From positions 1,174 to 65,173 of the forward strand of contig JADMIG010000008.1 of the NCBI GenBank assembly GCA_015478725.1: 64,000 nt of DNA, written 5' to 3'. The notes under the pieces were generated by a model. It was given only the letters and a program-made list of their open reading frames with translations. It was not told the origin of the DNA and ran no database searches. This DNA comes from Chloroflexota bacterium. Lineage in GTDB: Bacteria; Chloroflexota; Limnocylindria; Limnocylindrales; CSP1-4. Position numbers and translations under genes: made by a program. Positions 45,970 to 57,918 of this stretch are shown one piece after another; positions within the stretch are counted from its first letter, which is position 1, and each line of letters opens with the position of its first letter.

Positions 45970-46440
45970 TCACTGGACGCGAAGGATCGTCTTCGCCTCG
46001 GACCAGTGCTTCTCGAGCTCGTAGTAGTCGCGCTCCGGCGGAGTGAAGACGTGGACGATCACCGACCCGAAGTCCACGAGGACCCAGTGCGAGGCGGCCA
46101 CGCCCTCCCGGCCGATCGGGCGGATACCGTCGGCGCGGAGGGCCTCGACGATCCCGTCCGCGATCGCCTCGAGCTGTCGCTCGGACCCGCCCGAGCAGAT
46201 GACGAAATGATCGGCCAGCGTGGTCAGGCTGCCGATGTCGAGGAGCACGATGTCCGAGGCCTTCTTGTCCTCGGCCACCTCGACGATCCGGCGGGCGACC
46301 TCAAGCGGCGGCCGTTCGGCGCGGGCGGCGGCGACGACGCGGGCGCGGTCAGGCGGTGCCGCGGTCCGGCTCGTCGATCGGCGGCGCGCCGAGGCGGCGG
46401 GGATGGTGGCGGTGGAGCGATCGGACTGTGGGTCGGTCAC
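45970..46440 (-). CDS. rsfS: Ribosome silencing factor RsfS
   Basis: VAEDKKASDIVLLDIGSLTTLADHFVICSGGSERQLEAIADGIVEAL...HWVLVDFGSVIVHVFTPPERDYYELEKHW. The GTG start overlaps the nadD stop (GTGA). Confidence 0.9.
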   Translation of the reverse strand: MTDPQSDRSTATIPAASARRRSTSRTAAPPDRARVVAAARAERPPLEVARRIVEVAEDKKASDIVLLDIGSLTTLADHFVICSGGSERQLEAIADGIVEALRADGIRPIGREGVAASHWVLVDFGSVIVHVFTPPERDYYELEKHWSEAKTILRVQ

Positions 46441-47168
46441 GAGCTGGCGGTTCCTCCTGTGCGCAGTGTCCACGCCGACGGCGCGGACGGCGCGGACGGC
46501 GTGGCCGGGTCGGGCGAGTATCCCGCCCGGTAGAGCCCATGGTCCGCGATGTACGCCGATACCGCATCCGGGACGAGATATCGAACGGACAGGCCGCGGG
46601 CGATCCGGTCCCGGATCTCCGAGGCGGACAGCCCGAGGTGCGGCCCGTCGAGGGCGACGATCCGGCCGGCGGCCTCCGAGTGGGCCCGCAGGACCGCGTC
46701 GACGTCCGGCGGGCCATGCCCATCGCGAGGAAGGACGGCGAGTCGGACGGCGGCGAGGATCCGCTCGGGCGCCTGCCAGTCGAGGAAGCCGTCGAACGCC
46801 TCGGCCGAGAGGAGGAACCACAGGTCCGGCTGCCGGCCCGCGGCCCGTTCCGCGGTCGCGAGCGCCTCCACCGTGTCGACCGTGAACGACGGCCCATCCC
46901 GGTCGAGCTCGAGCGGCGAGAGGCCCAACGCGTGATCGCCGGCGATCGCGAGTGCGACCATCGCGGCCCGATCCTCCGCGCTCGCCCCTGGAGCGCTCGA
47001 GCGGTGCGGGGGGATGCGAGCCGGGACGAACAGGACACGCTCGAGTCCGAGTGCCTCGCGAGCCGCGATCGCGACGGCGAGATGTCCCACGTGGACCGGA
47101 TCGAAGGTGCCGCCGAGGATCCCGAGCCGGCCCGGAACGACGGCCGCCGGTCCGGGCGCTTCGCTCAT
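46437..47168 (-). CDS. nadD: Nicotinate-nucleotide adenylyltransferase
   Basis: LGILGGTFDPVHVGHLAVA...SASEIRDRIARGLSVRYLVPDAV. The start overlaps the obg stop. Confidence 0.9.
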   Translation of the reverse strand: MSEAPGPAAVVPGRLGILGGTFDPVHVGHLAVAIAAREALGLERVLFVPARIPPHRSSAPGASAEDRAAMVALAIAGDHALGLSPLELDRDGPSFTVDTVEALATAERAAGRQPDLWFLLSAEAFDGFLDWQAPERILAAVRLAVLPRDGHGPPDVDAVLRAHSEAAGRIVALDGPHLGLSASEIRDRIARGLSVRYLVPDAVSAYIADHGLYRAGYSPDPATPSAPSAPSAWTLRTGGTASS

Positions 47169-48460
47169 CCGTCCTCCCATGGCTGGCGACCCCATTCGAG
47201 CTCCACGGCACCGATCCGCACCAGGTCGCCGGGGACGACGCCTGCCCGGCTGAGCTCGGTCTCGACGCCGAGGCGGGCGAGGTCGCGCTGGAATCGCTCG
47301 GCCGACTCCTCGACCGCGAAATCGGTCTGCGCGGCGATGCGCTCGATCCGGTGACCGCGGACACGGAACGCGCCGTCCTCGTCGCGCTCGACGAGGAACC
47401 CGTCGCGCGTCCCCTCGATCCGGTGGACGACGACGCCGGCCGGCTCGCGTGGAGCGGCGAGCTCCTCCGCCGAGGGAAGGAGCACGGCGAGCGCGGTCCG
47501 GAGATCGCCGAGCCCGTCGCCGTGTCCAGCGGAGATCGAGACCGCCCGGATGCCGTCGCGCGCCCGGGATCGGGCGAAGGCGGGCCACGCGGCGGCGGCA
47601 CCCTCACGATCGATCTTGTTGAAGACGACGAGCAGCGGCTTCTCGAGGAGCGCCTCGTCGTGCGCCCGCAGCTCCTCGCGGATCGTCGCGTGGTCAGCCT
47701 CGGGATCGCGGGCGGACCCATCGACGATGTGGACGAGGATGCGCGTCCGCTCCACGTGGCGAAGGAAGGCGTGCCCGAGCCCCGCGCCGCGGCTGGCGCC
47801 CTCGATGAGACCCGGCATGTCGGCGATCGTGGGACGGCGCTCATCGTCCCCGCCGAAGTCCATGACGCCGAGATTCGGTTCGAGTGTCGTGAACGGATAG
47901 TCGGCGATCTTCGGGGTCGCGGCGGTCAGCGCCGCGAGGAGCGTCGACTTCCCGGCGTTCGGCAGCCCGATGAGCCCGATGTCCGCGATGAGCCGGAGTT
48001 CGAGCCGAAGGCCCCGTTCCTCGCCGGGTTCGCCCTTCTGGGCATGTTTGGGCGCCTGGTGCGTCGAGGTGGTGAAGTGGGTGTTGCCGAGGCCGCCCCG
48101 TCCGCCGCGGGCGACGAGCGCCGTCTGGCCCACCTCGACGAGGTCCGCGAGAAGGGCCCCGCTCGCATCATCGAGGACCGCGGTGCCCGGAGGGACGGCG
48201 ATGGTGAGATCCTCGCCGGCCCGGCCATGGCGCCGCGAGCCGCTGCCGCGACCGCCGGCATCGGCCCGAAAATGGTGGGTGTACCGGAAGTCGCGGAGCG
48301 TGGTCTGGCCCGCATCCACCCGCAGGGCGACGGATCCTCCCCGGCCGCCGTCCCCGCCGTCCGGCCCGCCACGCGGGACGTGGGCCTCGTGCCGGAACGT
48401 GGCCGCTCCATCGCCGCCGTCGCCGGCGCGGACCCAGAGCTTCACGCGGTCGAGGAACAT
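47165..48460 (-). CDS. obg: GTPase Obg/CgtA
   Basis: MFLDRVKLWVRAGDGGDGAATFRHE...GGDGGRGGSV is the Obg fold. IGLPNAGKSTLL and the DMPGLIEGAS G-motifs are present. Confidence 0.95.
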   Translation of the reverse strand: MFLDRVKLWVRAGDGGDGAATFRHEAHVPRGGPDGGDGGRGGSVALRVDAGQTTLRDFRYTHHFRADAGGRGSGSRRHGRAGEDLTIAVPPGTAVLDDASGALLADLVEVGQTALVARGGRGGLGNTHFTTSTHQAPKHAQKGEPGEERGLRLELRLIADIGLIGLPNAGKSTLLAALTAATPKIADYPFTTLEPNLGVMDFGGDDERRPTIADMPGLIEGASRGAGLGHAFLRHVERTRILVHIVDGSARDPEADHATIREELRAHDEALLEKPLLVVFNKIDREGAAAAWPAFARSRARDGIRAVSISAGHGDGLGDLRTALAVLLPSAEELAAPREPAGVVVHRIEGTRDGFLVERDEDGAFRVRGHRIERIAAQTDFAVEESAERFQRDLARLGVETELSRAGVVPGDLVRIGAVELEWGRQPWEDG

Positions 48461-48557
48461 CGTCGCCTATCGTCCCACGTCGGCCCGCGAGCGGCGGATG
48501 TCCGCCTGCCGCGCGGAGCGGCGACCCGGAGGACCGACCCGCGTCAGCGGGCGCGGA

Positions 48558-50039
48558 CTACAGATACCCGAGCGGGTTGACCCGGTACGAGCCGCTCGCC
48601 CACGGGTAGCCGCGCCACACCTCGAAGTGGCAGTGCGGTCCGGTCGCCACGCCGCTCGTCCCGATCCGCCCGATCTCCGAGCCGCGGCCGACCTGCTCGC
48701 CCACGCCAACGCCGATCGACGACATGTGGTAGTAGCCGGTGTAGAGGCCGCTGCCGTGGGAGATCCAGACCTGGTAGCCGCCTTCGTTGTTCCGATAGCC
48801 GGCCCAGATCACGACGCCGGCTGCGGCCGCAAGGATCGGCGAGCCATACGAGGCCGCGATGTCGAGCGCCTGGTGGCCCCACCAGAAATACTGACTGATG
48901 AACCCGCCGGGGACCGGCCAGGCGAATGTGCCGCCGGCGTACGACGCCGGGGCGGGACGGTACGCGACCCCACCACCACCGCCGCCGGACGAGCCCGACG
49001 CGGCCAGCGCGATCGGCTTCGGGGTCGGGATCGCCTTGCCGACCGCTCCGGGGAGGATGAGCTTCTGACCGATGACGAGGTTGCGGTCCCGAAGCCCGTT
49101 GTAGGTCACGATCTCGTCCGCCGGGACGCCGGTCCGGGCGGCGATCGTCGCGAGCGTGTCGCCATTCGCCACGGTGAGGACAAGGCCGCTCACCGGCGGG
49201 ATGACGAGGACCTGACCGATGTGGAGCTCGTCCTTCGAGGTGAGCTTGTTCGCCCACCAGATGCTCATCATGCTCACACCGAAGTGGTTCGCGATCCCGG
49301 TGAGGGTGTCGCCGCTGCGGACCGTGTAGTTCGTGAGCTTGCTGCTCCCATCCGCGACAGTCGTGTCCACGGCGACTGGCATGAGGAGCGTCCCGTCGGC
49401 GAGGAACGGTCCGGTCTTCGGCGCGAGCGACGGGTCGGTCTGCGCGAACGGCGAGATCGAGCCGACGGGCAGGCCGGCGTCGATCGGGGCGCCGTCGATG
49501 GACTCCGGCAAGCCGGAGCCGATCGTCCCGGCAACCGCCGGGCCCGGACCCGTCGGCCCGCCGATCGCAATCCGGGGCGGCGTCCCACCGGACTGCGCGC
49601 TGCCGGTGCCGCCGGCGGCGGGCGCGCCGCCGGCGACGCTGAATGCCGACGCGACGAGCAGCAGGGCGGCGACCCCGATCGGGATGAGTCGTTCGCGGGG
49701 CAGCTGGTTCGGGATGAATCGCCCGATCGTTGCACGGGGGGCGGCCCGCAGGACCGCGGCCGTCGCGAGTACCCGCCGGAGCCGGCCGCCGGAAGGATGG
49801 ATCGGGTGCGCGCCGGAGCCGTGCGTCCGGCGAGGATCGCGGGGCCGAGCCGACGCCGTGGATCCCACCGATCGCGGGCGGATCGCCGGCCGAATGGCCG
49901 CCGTGAGGCGGAGCCGGGCGCCGCGCAGGCGAGCGATGCCGCCGCCACCGGACGCCGTGAGGATGGCCGACGGTCGTGTCTTCAGGCCGGTGCGGAGACG
50001 CGTGAACAGGCGTCGGACACCGACCGCTGCGTTGCGCAA
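48558..50039 (-). CDS. LysM-domain M23 family metallopeptidase (cell-wall hydrolase)
   Basis: Two LysM repeats are present (YTVRSGDTLTGIANHF, LTVANGDTLATIAART). The M23 domain shows HQALDIAA...GYYHMSS...GPHCHFEV. The N-terminal ~110 aa are Arg-rich and precede the TM, so the true start may lie downstream of 50039. Confidence 0.85.
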   Translation of the reverse strand: MRNAAVGVRRLFTRLRTGLKTRPSAILTASGGGGIARLRGARLRLTAAIRPAIRPRSVGSTASARPRDPRRTHGSGAHPIHPSGGRLRRVLATAAVLRAAPRATIGRFIPNQLPRERLIPIGVAALLLVASAFSVAGGAPAAGGTGSAQSGGTPPRIAIGGPTGPGPAVAGTIGSGLPESIDGAPIDAGLPVGSISPFAQTDPSLAPKTGPFLADGTLLMPVAVDTTVADGSSKLTNYTVRSGDTLTGIANHFGVSMMSIWWANKLTSKDELHIGQVLVIPPVSGLVLTVANGDTLATIAARTGVPADEIVTYNGLRDRNLVIGQKLILPGAVGKAIPTPKPIALAASGSSGGGGGGVAYRPAPASYAGGTFAWPVPGGFISQYFWWGHQALDIAASYGSPILAAAAGVVIWAGYRNNEGGYQVWISHGSGLYTGYYHMSSIGVGVGEQVGRGSEIGRIGTSGVATGPHCHFEVWRGYPWASGSYRVNPLGYL

Positions 50040-50288
50040 TACGGTCTCCTGGCAGAAGGACGGTCAGGGGACGCGAGGTCGGCGCGTGTCCATGACGACA
50101 GCCATGGACGTGGAGTGCGGTCGACCGTCCGGGGTCGCGCTATCGAGCTGGGGGTCTCGTATAGGGCTGGGGCCCGACGGAAGTACCGGGCTCTGAGGAC
50201 GGGCGAACCGTAGCAGACGTGTGGCTTCTGCGCAAACCACGACCCGAGTCGTAGGTCAGCGGGCCATCGCCCCCGCTTCCGGCGTCGG

Positions 50289-51680
50289 CTACGCGTCGAG
50301 GGTCTTGGTGAGTGTGGCGAGGAACTGGGCGTTGCTCTCGGTCTTGCTGATCCGGTTGAGGAGCAATTCGATCCCTTCGTTCGTGCCCACGGCGGAGAGC
50401 ATCCGCCGCATCGTCCAGACCATCTTCAGCGTCCCGTCCTCGAGGAGGAGCTCCTCGCGCCGGGTGCCGGATCGCTGGACGTCGATGGCCGGGAAGATCC
50501 GCTTCTCGGCGAGCTTCCGGTCGAGGATAAGCTCGCTGTTGCCGGTCCCCTTGAACTCCTCGTAGATGACGTCATCCATCCGCGAGCCGGTGTCGATGAG
50601 GCAGGTGCCGATGATCGTGAGCGAGCCACCCTCCTCGATGTTGCGGGCCGCCCCGAAGAACCGCTTTGGCGGGTAGAGGGCGATCGGATCGATGCCACCG
50701 GAGAGCGTCCGGCCGGACGGCGGGAGGGCGAGGTTGTAGGCACGAGCGAGACGAGTGATTGAGTCGAGGAGGATGACTACATCGCGACCGGTCTCGACCT
50801 GGCGCTTGGCGATCTCGAGGGCCATCTCCGCGACGTGGGTGTGGTTCTCGGTAGGCTCGTCGAACGTCGAGCTGATGACCTCGCCCTTGACGCTCCGTCG
50901 CATGTCCGTCACCTCCTCCGGCCGCTCGCCGATGAGCGCGACCATGAGGAGGATGTCCGGGTAGTTCGCCGTCACGCCGTTCGCGATCTGCTTGAGGAGC
51001 ATCGTCTTGCCGGCCTTCGGCGGGCTGACGATGAGCGCTCGCTGACCCTTCCCGATCGGGTTGACGAGGTTGATGAGCCGCTGACTGAGGTTCTTCGGAT
51101 CCGTCTCGAGATTGATCAGCTCGTCCGGATGGATCGGCGTGAGGTCGGCGAAGTGATCGCGCCGGCGGGCGCTCTCGGAGTCGACGCTGTTGACGGCATC
51201 GACGCGGAGGAGGCCCCAGTACTTCTCCCCCTCGTGCGGGGCGCGGACCGCACCGGCGACCCGATCGCCGACTCGGAGCCCGTAGCGGCGGACCTGGCTC
51301 GACGAGACGTAGACATCGTCCGGGCTCGGCAGGAGGCCGTGCCGCCGGATGAAGCCGAAGCCCTCGTCCACGACATCGAGGATCCCGCTCGCGTAGTCGA
51401 GGCCCGCCCGCTCTGTCTGGGCCTGGAGGATGCGGTCGGCGATGTCGTCGCGGCGCTCCTGGGTGCCCGTCTCGAGCTCGAGGTCGCGGGCGATCGCGCG
51501 GAGCTCGGCCACGCTCATCTCAAGGAGATCGCCGATGTCGAGGTCGTTCCGCTCGCGGGCGGCTTCGAGCTCCTGCTGCTCGTCGTATTCGGTGACGGGG
51601 CCGCGGATGGCACCCTGTGGCGGGCGGCGACGGGTGCGGCGACGCTGACGATCGCGCTGATCGGGACCGAGTTGTGGCAT
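50289..51680 (-). CDS. rho: Transcription termination factor Rho
   Basis: GFGFIR...[17 protein letters not shown] is the RNA-binding domain. [12 protein letters not shown] is Walker A. RLARAYN and [22 protein letters not shown] are present. Confidence 0.96.
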   Translation of the reverse strand: MPQLGPDQRDRQRRRTRRRPPQGAIRGPVTEYDEQQELEAARERNDLDIGDLLEMSVAELRAIARDLELETGTQERRDDIADRILQAQTERAGLDYASGILDVVDEGFGFIRRHGLLPSPDDVYVSSSQVRRYGLRVGDRVAGAVRAPHEGEKYWGLLRVDAVNSVDSESARRRDHFADLTPIHPDELINLETDPKNLSQRLINLVNPIGKGQRALIVSPPKAGKTMLLKQIANGVTANYPDILLMVALIGERPEEVTDMRRSVKGEVISSTFDEPTENHTHVAEMALEIAKRQVETGRDVVILLDSITRLARAYNLALPPSGRTLSGGIDPIALYPPKRFFGAARNIEEGGSLTIIGTCLIDTGSRMDDVIYEEFKGTGNSELILDRKLAEKRIFPAIDVQRSGTRREELLLEDGTLKMVWTMRRMLSAVGTNEGIELLLNRISKTESNAQFLATLTKTLDA

Positions 51681-51803
51681 GAGGAAGGGCTCACCGATGC
51701 TGGGAGGGACGTTCCGCCTCTCACCGGTCGCTCGCGCGGAATCGGGCCGCTGCAGGGCGAGTGAGGGGAATGGCGTGAGTCTAGGCGCTCGGTCGGCGGT
51801 TCG

Positions 51804-52235
51804 TCAACGGCCCCCGGTCGCGATGTGGAGGAACGCGACGCCGGCCGAGCCGGCGGCGACAAGGACGGTCGTCCAGAGCACCACGCCGGCGGCCATGCTC
51901 GCGAGGAGCCGCGACCGGGGAGCGCCGAGGATGAGGGCGACCGCCGTCCCCATCGGCGGCGCCATGACGAGCGGCGAGATCAGGCCCCAGCCCACGACGC
52001 CGTAGCGGAGCCAGATCCGTTCGAGCCGGCCCGTGCGCGGCGCGCCTCTTCCGTGGGACCGGCCGAGCCGATCGCGGATCCGGACCCCAGCGAAGAGGAC
52101 GACCGAGATCCCGACGAGCGAACCGAGGACCGTGACGATCCAGATGGCGATCGCCGGGACGCCGAGGGCGATGCCGGCCGGCACGGCCGCCCATATCTCG
52201 ATGAGGGCGAGCCCGAAGACGACCACGAGCGGCAT
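51804..52235 (-). CDS. Small 4-TM membrane protein (small multidrug export-like)
   Basis: MPLVVVFGLALIEIWAAVPAGIALG... is highly hydrophobic, 143 aa. The family call rests on weak motif memory only. Confidence 0.5.
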   Translation of the reverse strand: MPLVVVFGLALIEIWAAVPAGIALGVPAIAIWIVTVLGSLVGISVVLFAGVRIRDRLGRSHGRGAPRTGRLERIWLRYGVVGWGLISPLVMAPPMGTAVALILGAPRSRLLASMAAGVVLWTTVLVAAGSAGVAFLHIATGGR

Positions 52236-52284
52236 GCGCGGAGTCTGCCAGACGCGCCTCGTGGCCCCCCGATCAGGGGACCGG

Positions 52285-52956
52285 TCAGGCGTTTGCCCTG
52301 GCAGCGAGCGAGGCCTGGGCCTTCGCCCAGTCGGCGCGGAATTGCTCGATGCCCGTATCCGTGAGCGGATGGTGGACCATCTGCTGAAGGATCTTGAACG
52401 GCAGCGTCGCGATGTGGGCGCCGGCGAGGGCGGCCTGCGTCATGTGCAGCGGGTTGCGGATCGAGGCGGCGAGGACCTCGGATTCGATCTCGTGGATGGC
52501 GAAGATCTCGGCCAGCTCGCGGATGACGATCATCCCGTCCTGATTGATGTCGTCGAGCCGACCGACGAACGGGCTGATGAGGCTCGCTCCCGCCTTGGCG
52601 GCAAGGAGGCCCTGGTTCGCCGTGAAGATGAGGGTGCAGTTCGTCTTGATGCCCTCATCCGCGAAGCGCGCGATCGCCTCGAGGCCGGTCTCGCTCATGG
52701 GGACCTTGACGACGATGTTCGGGGCGATCTTGGCGAACGCCCGGCCCTGGCTCAGCATGCCCTCGACGTCCTCCGCGACGACCTCGGCGCTCACCGGGCC
52801 GGACGTGATCCGGCACACCTCGGCAAGGATCGACTCGTAGGACGCGTTGCTCACCTTCGCGTAGAGGCTGGGATTCGTGGTGACGCCGTCGAGCACGCCC
52901 CAGCGGGCGGCGATCTTGATCTCGTCGATTTCCGCGGTGTCGAGGAAGATCTTCAT
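52285..52956 (-). CDS. tal: Transaldolase / fructose-6-phosphate aldolase (type 3B)
   Basis: MKIFLDTAEIDEIKIAARWGVLDGVTTNPSL...VVKVPM...TNCTLIF...SPFVGRLDD. Confidence 0.93.
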   Translation of the reverse strand: MKIFLDTAEIDEIKIAARWGVLDGVTTNPSLYAKVSNASYESILAEVCRITSGPVSAEVVAEDVEGMLSQGRAFAKIAPNIVVKVPMSETGLEAIARFADEGIKTNCTLIFTANQGLLAAKAGASLISPFVGRLDDINQDGMIVIRELAEIFAIHEIESEVLAASIRNPLHMTQAALAGAHIATLPFKILQQMVHHPLTDTGIEQFRADWAKAQASLAARANA

Positions 52957-53130
52957 CGGCAGGATCCTTCCGGTCGGGACGGGCCGGGTCGCGGTCGAGA
53001 CGGGTCGCCGCTCACCCCGGCGCTCGGGTGGCCGCGCCCATGGTACGCCGCCGGCCGGCAGATGCCGTCGGCGCGCGAAAGCGGCCGGCCTCGGGACGAG
53101 GCCGGCCGCCTGCAGCTGGGAGGGCCGCCG

Positions 53131-53721
53131 TCAGTTGCTCGGCGCCGCCGACGCTGGGGCCGCCGGACCCGGCGCGGCCGGGACAGCGGCCCGGATGAGC
53201 TTCGCGGTGTACGAACCGTCCGGGTTCTGGAGACCGAGGACCATCGCCCGCTCGCCGGTCGCGAGGCCGGATGGCTGCACGGCCTTGCCCTTCTCGCGGA
53301 CCTTCGTGGCCGTGTCGATCGTGAACGACTGGGTCGCCTTGTCCTTCATCGTGATGGTCACGCTCGTCGACGACAGGGCGGTGATCTGGCCCCGGACGTA
53401 GAGGATCGTCTTGTCGCCCTTCGCGGTCGCGACGGTGATCTGGACGCGCTCGGCGTGGCCGAGGAAGCGTCGCAGGAGGCCGCCGCGGCCCCTGGCCGGG
53501 GCGGCCGTGACGTTCGCGGTCGACGTGTTCGCGGCGAGCGCGAGGTCCGCCGCGGTCGGGACGAGGGCCGTGGCGGCACCGCCGGCAGCGACCGGCGAGG
53601 TCGCGCTGGCTCCGGCTCCGCCGGCGGTCGCGGCGGTCGCGCCGACGGCGACGGCGAGGAGGAGGGCGCCCGCGCTGAGGAGCAGGCGCATCGGGGTGAT
53701 GGCGATCGAGGTAGTACGCAT
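53131..53721 (-). CDS. Secreted hypothetical protein (signal peptide, Ala-rich N-terminus)
   Basis: MRTTSIAITPMRLLLSAGALLLAVAVGATAATA is a signal peptide. A GGAGA SD lies upstream. It uses an in-frame internal start of track ORF 53131..54360. Confidence 0.55.
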   Translation of the reverse strand: MRTTSIAITPMRLLLSAGALLLAVAVGATAATAGGAGASATSPVAAGGAATALVPTAADLALAANTSTANVTAAPARGRGGLLRRFLGHAERVQITVATAKGDKTILYVRGQITALSSTSVTITMKDKATQSFTIDTATKVREKGKAVQPSGLATGERAMVLGLQNPDGSYTAKLIRAAVPAAPGPAAPASAAPSN

Positions 53722-53935
53722 CGGTATCTCCGGTCGGCGGATTCTCGAGGGGTCCGAGCGCTGCGCCGAACGTCCGCCCGGCGAGGGACCTGGATCCGCG
53801 TCGTCCATGCCGGCCACGATGCACCCGACCCCGGCGCGGTTCACCCGCGTCGCTCGCCCCGAATGTAAGGGCCGTGCAAGACGCGCGCCGGGCCAGGGGC
53901 GGTCAGTCAGGTCAGGGCGCGCCGGGCCAGGAGCG

Positions 53936-55678
<1,743 letters not shown>

Positions 55679-55965
55679 CTATCGGAATACCGGCCCGAGG
55701 GCAACTCGGCGTACCCGCGGGTCGCGGGCTCGTGGACATGACGCCGGCCGGCCGCGGAGGATCTCTCGTACGTTCATCCAGGGAACGTACGTGCGGGTTC
55801 TCGGGCTCGATCCCGCCTCAGCGCTGAAGGATCGTGCCCCGCTGAGCGTGACGGGCGAGGGAACGTGCCGCCCCGAACACCGCGGCCGTGACGAACGTTC
55901 CACGGATGAGCGGATGAGACAACGGGCGGCCGATCGCGGACGGGCGGAGACCGCTCGACTCGCGG

Positions 55966-56727
55966 TCATGCCGGCGGATCCGCCACGTCATCGCCCCAGA
56001 CCTCGGGTCCGCAGAAGAACGGACGGTCCCGCGGGCGAGGCATGAGCGGACTCGCTGCATCCGCGTGCCACGCCGCGAGCGTCTCCGTGAGCCAGGCGTC
56101 GATCTCGGCGAAGTCGCTCCAGGGTCGATATGGCCAGCCGTTGGCGACACAGATCGGGACGAGGGCCCGCTTCGCGAAGATGAGGTCCGCATAGCCGGCC
56201 GCGTAGCGGTCCGACTCGCCGTCGCCGACGAAGACGACGGCCCGCCCGGCCGCGCGCTGGGCGAGGACCCGCTCTCGCTTGCATGTGCCGCAGACGAAAC
56301 ACCGTGGATGGCCGTACGGCCAGGCGATCGCCGGCGGACCGTTCCCGTCCCACGTCATGGCCGCGGTCGCGATCGGCACATCCGGAAGGCCGAGGCGGGC
56401 GAGAGCCGGCGCGATGAAGAAGCCGAATCCGTCCGACACGACCTCGACGGGCACGCCCGCCTCACGGGCCCGCCAGACGAACGGCGCGAAGGCCGGGTCG
56501 TGGGGCTGCGCAGCCGCGGTCGCGAGGAGCGGACCCGCATCCGCCGGCATCCGGGCGACCTCCCATTCCATGAGCCGACGGGAGCCGAGCCGACCCTCGT
56601 CGTACTGCGCGGCGAAGCGCTCCCAGCCGCCCGGCGCGTGGGTCGCCACGACGATGTCCGAGACGTCCGTGAGCGCGATCGTCCCGTCGTAGTCGACGAG
56701 GATGGCAAGGGGCGGCTCGTCCATCAC
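55966..56727 (-). CDS. HAD-IB family phosphatase (MtnX-like)
   Basis: ILVDYDGTIALTD is HAD motif I. VVSDGFGFF and FVGDGESDRYAA are motif IV. Confidence 0.7.
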   Translation of the reverse strand: MMDEPPLAILVDYDGTIALTDVSDIVVATHAPGGWERFAAQYDEGRLGSRRLMEWEVARMPADAGPLLATAAAQPHDPAFAPFVWRAREAGVPVEVVSDGFGFFIAPALARLGLPDVPIATAAMTWDGNGPPAIAWPYGHPRCFVCGTCKRERVLAQRAAGRAVVFVGDGESDRYAAGYADLIFAKRALVPICVANGWPYRPWSDFAEIDAWLTETLAAWHADAASPLMPRPRDRPFFCGPEVWGDDVADPPA

Positions 56728-57668
56728 GCCATCGCCGCCCGAAGCCGCGGATCACGCCTCGCGATCGACACGCCGAGCACGATGATCATCCCGCCGACGA
56801 TCTGGGCGGCGAGGATCGGCTCGCCGAGGACGATCGCCGCGAGGACGATCGCGAACGCCGGGGTGAGGAACTGCAGGTTCGTGATGCGGGTGGGGCCGAC
56901 GAGCGAGATCCCCCAGAAGATGACGACGTTGCCGAGGGCGGTCGAGAGGAAACCGGAATAGGCGAGGCCTGCGAGCTGGGCGACCCCCACCCGGCTGACG
57001 TCCACACCGGCGAGCTGCCAGATGCCGAACGGCGCGAGCGCCAGCGCACCGAACGTCACCGTCCACGCCGTCGCCCGGAGGGGCGAGAACCGCCGCAGGA
57101 CGCTTGCCCCGAAGCTCACGTAGCCCGCCCAGCAGACCGCCGCGATGAGCGTGACGAGGTCGCCGAGCCCGGCGCTGTCGAGGGCGAGCCCGTGACTGGC
57201 GGCGACGAGCACGACGCCGCCGAACGCGACGGCCGCCCCGATCGCCTTGGGGGGACTCAGCGTGTCGGTGCCGATGACGACGGCGACGAGCGCCGTGAAG
57301 ATCGGCGTCGAGCCGATGATGAGCGCCGAGTTGCCGACACTCGTCGAGTCGAGGGCCGTGGACCAGAGCATCTGGTAGATCCCGAAGCCGAGGAACCCGA
57401 GGCCCGCGAGGGCCGGCACGTCGCGACGGGGGATCGAGATCGACCCTTCCCGGAGGCGGCAGATCGCGAGCAGGACGAGCGCCGCCAGACTGAAGCGGAG
57501 GAACGCGTAGCCGATCGGGCTGAGGACCGGGATCGTCGCCTTGACGACGACGAAGTTCGCCGCCCAGAGGACCATGACGCCGACGCAGGCGAGTTCGGCC
57601 GCCCGGAACTCGAACGACGACCGAGGTGCGATCGGAGATCGGCGCTCCACGATCGGCGCCACCGACAT
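56724..57668 (-). CDS. EamA/DMT-family transporter
   Basis: The pattern fits ten TM helices. WAANFVVVK and two EamA-like halves are present. An ATGA overlap couples it to the HAD gene. It uses an in-frame internal start of track ORF 56724..58208. Confidence 0.85.
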   Translation of the reverse strand: MSVAPIVERRSPIAPRSSFEFRAAELACVGVMVLWAANFVVVKATIPVLSPIGYAFLRFSLAALVLLAICRLREGSISIPRRDVPALAGLGFLGFGIYQMLWSTALDSTSVGNSALIIGSTPIFTALVAVVIGTDTLSPPKAIGAAVAFGGVVLVAASHGLALDSAGLGDLVTLIAAVCWAGYVSFGASVLRRFSPLRATAWTVTFGALALAPFGIWQLAGVDVSRVGVAQLAGLAYSGFLSTALGNVVIFWGISLVGPTRITNLQFLTPAFAIVLAAIVLGEPILAAQIVGGMIIVLGVSIARRDPRLRAAMA

Positions 57669-57742
57669 GGAGACGCCCGCCGGGCGGTCGGCGGGCGTCG
57701 CTGCGGTGGCCGGGCCGGAGACTCCGGCGCGGGAAGGTTCGA

Positions 57743-57898
57743 TCAGGCGCCTTCCTGGTCGAGCTCGAGGGCCTCGTCGTCCGCCTCTTCGGTGAGCTTG
57801 AGCCAGACGAACAGGCCGGCCAGCACGAGGAGCGGGATGACGATGAGCGCGCCGAGCGTGACGCCGAGGGCTATGGCGACGGTCCGCAGTGCTTTCAT
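57743..57898 (-). CDS. 51-aa single-TM mini-protein with acidic tail
   Basis: MKALRTVAIALGVTLGALIVIPLLVLAGLFVWLKLTEEADDEALELDQEGA. A perfect AGGAGG SD lies 8 nt upstream. It is not in the ORF track. Confidence 0.6.
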   Translation of the reverse strand: MKALRTVAIALGVTLGALIVIPLLVLAGLFVWLKLTEEADDEALELDQEGA

Positions 57899-57918
57899 CT
57901 GTACCTCCTGGTCGCGGG

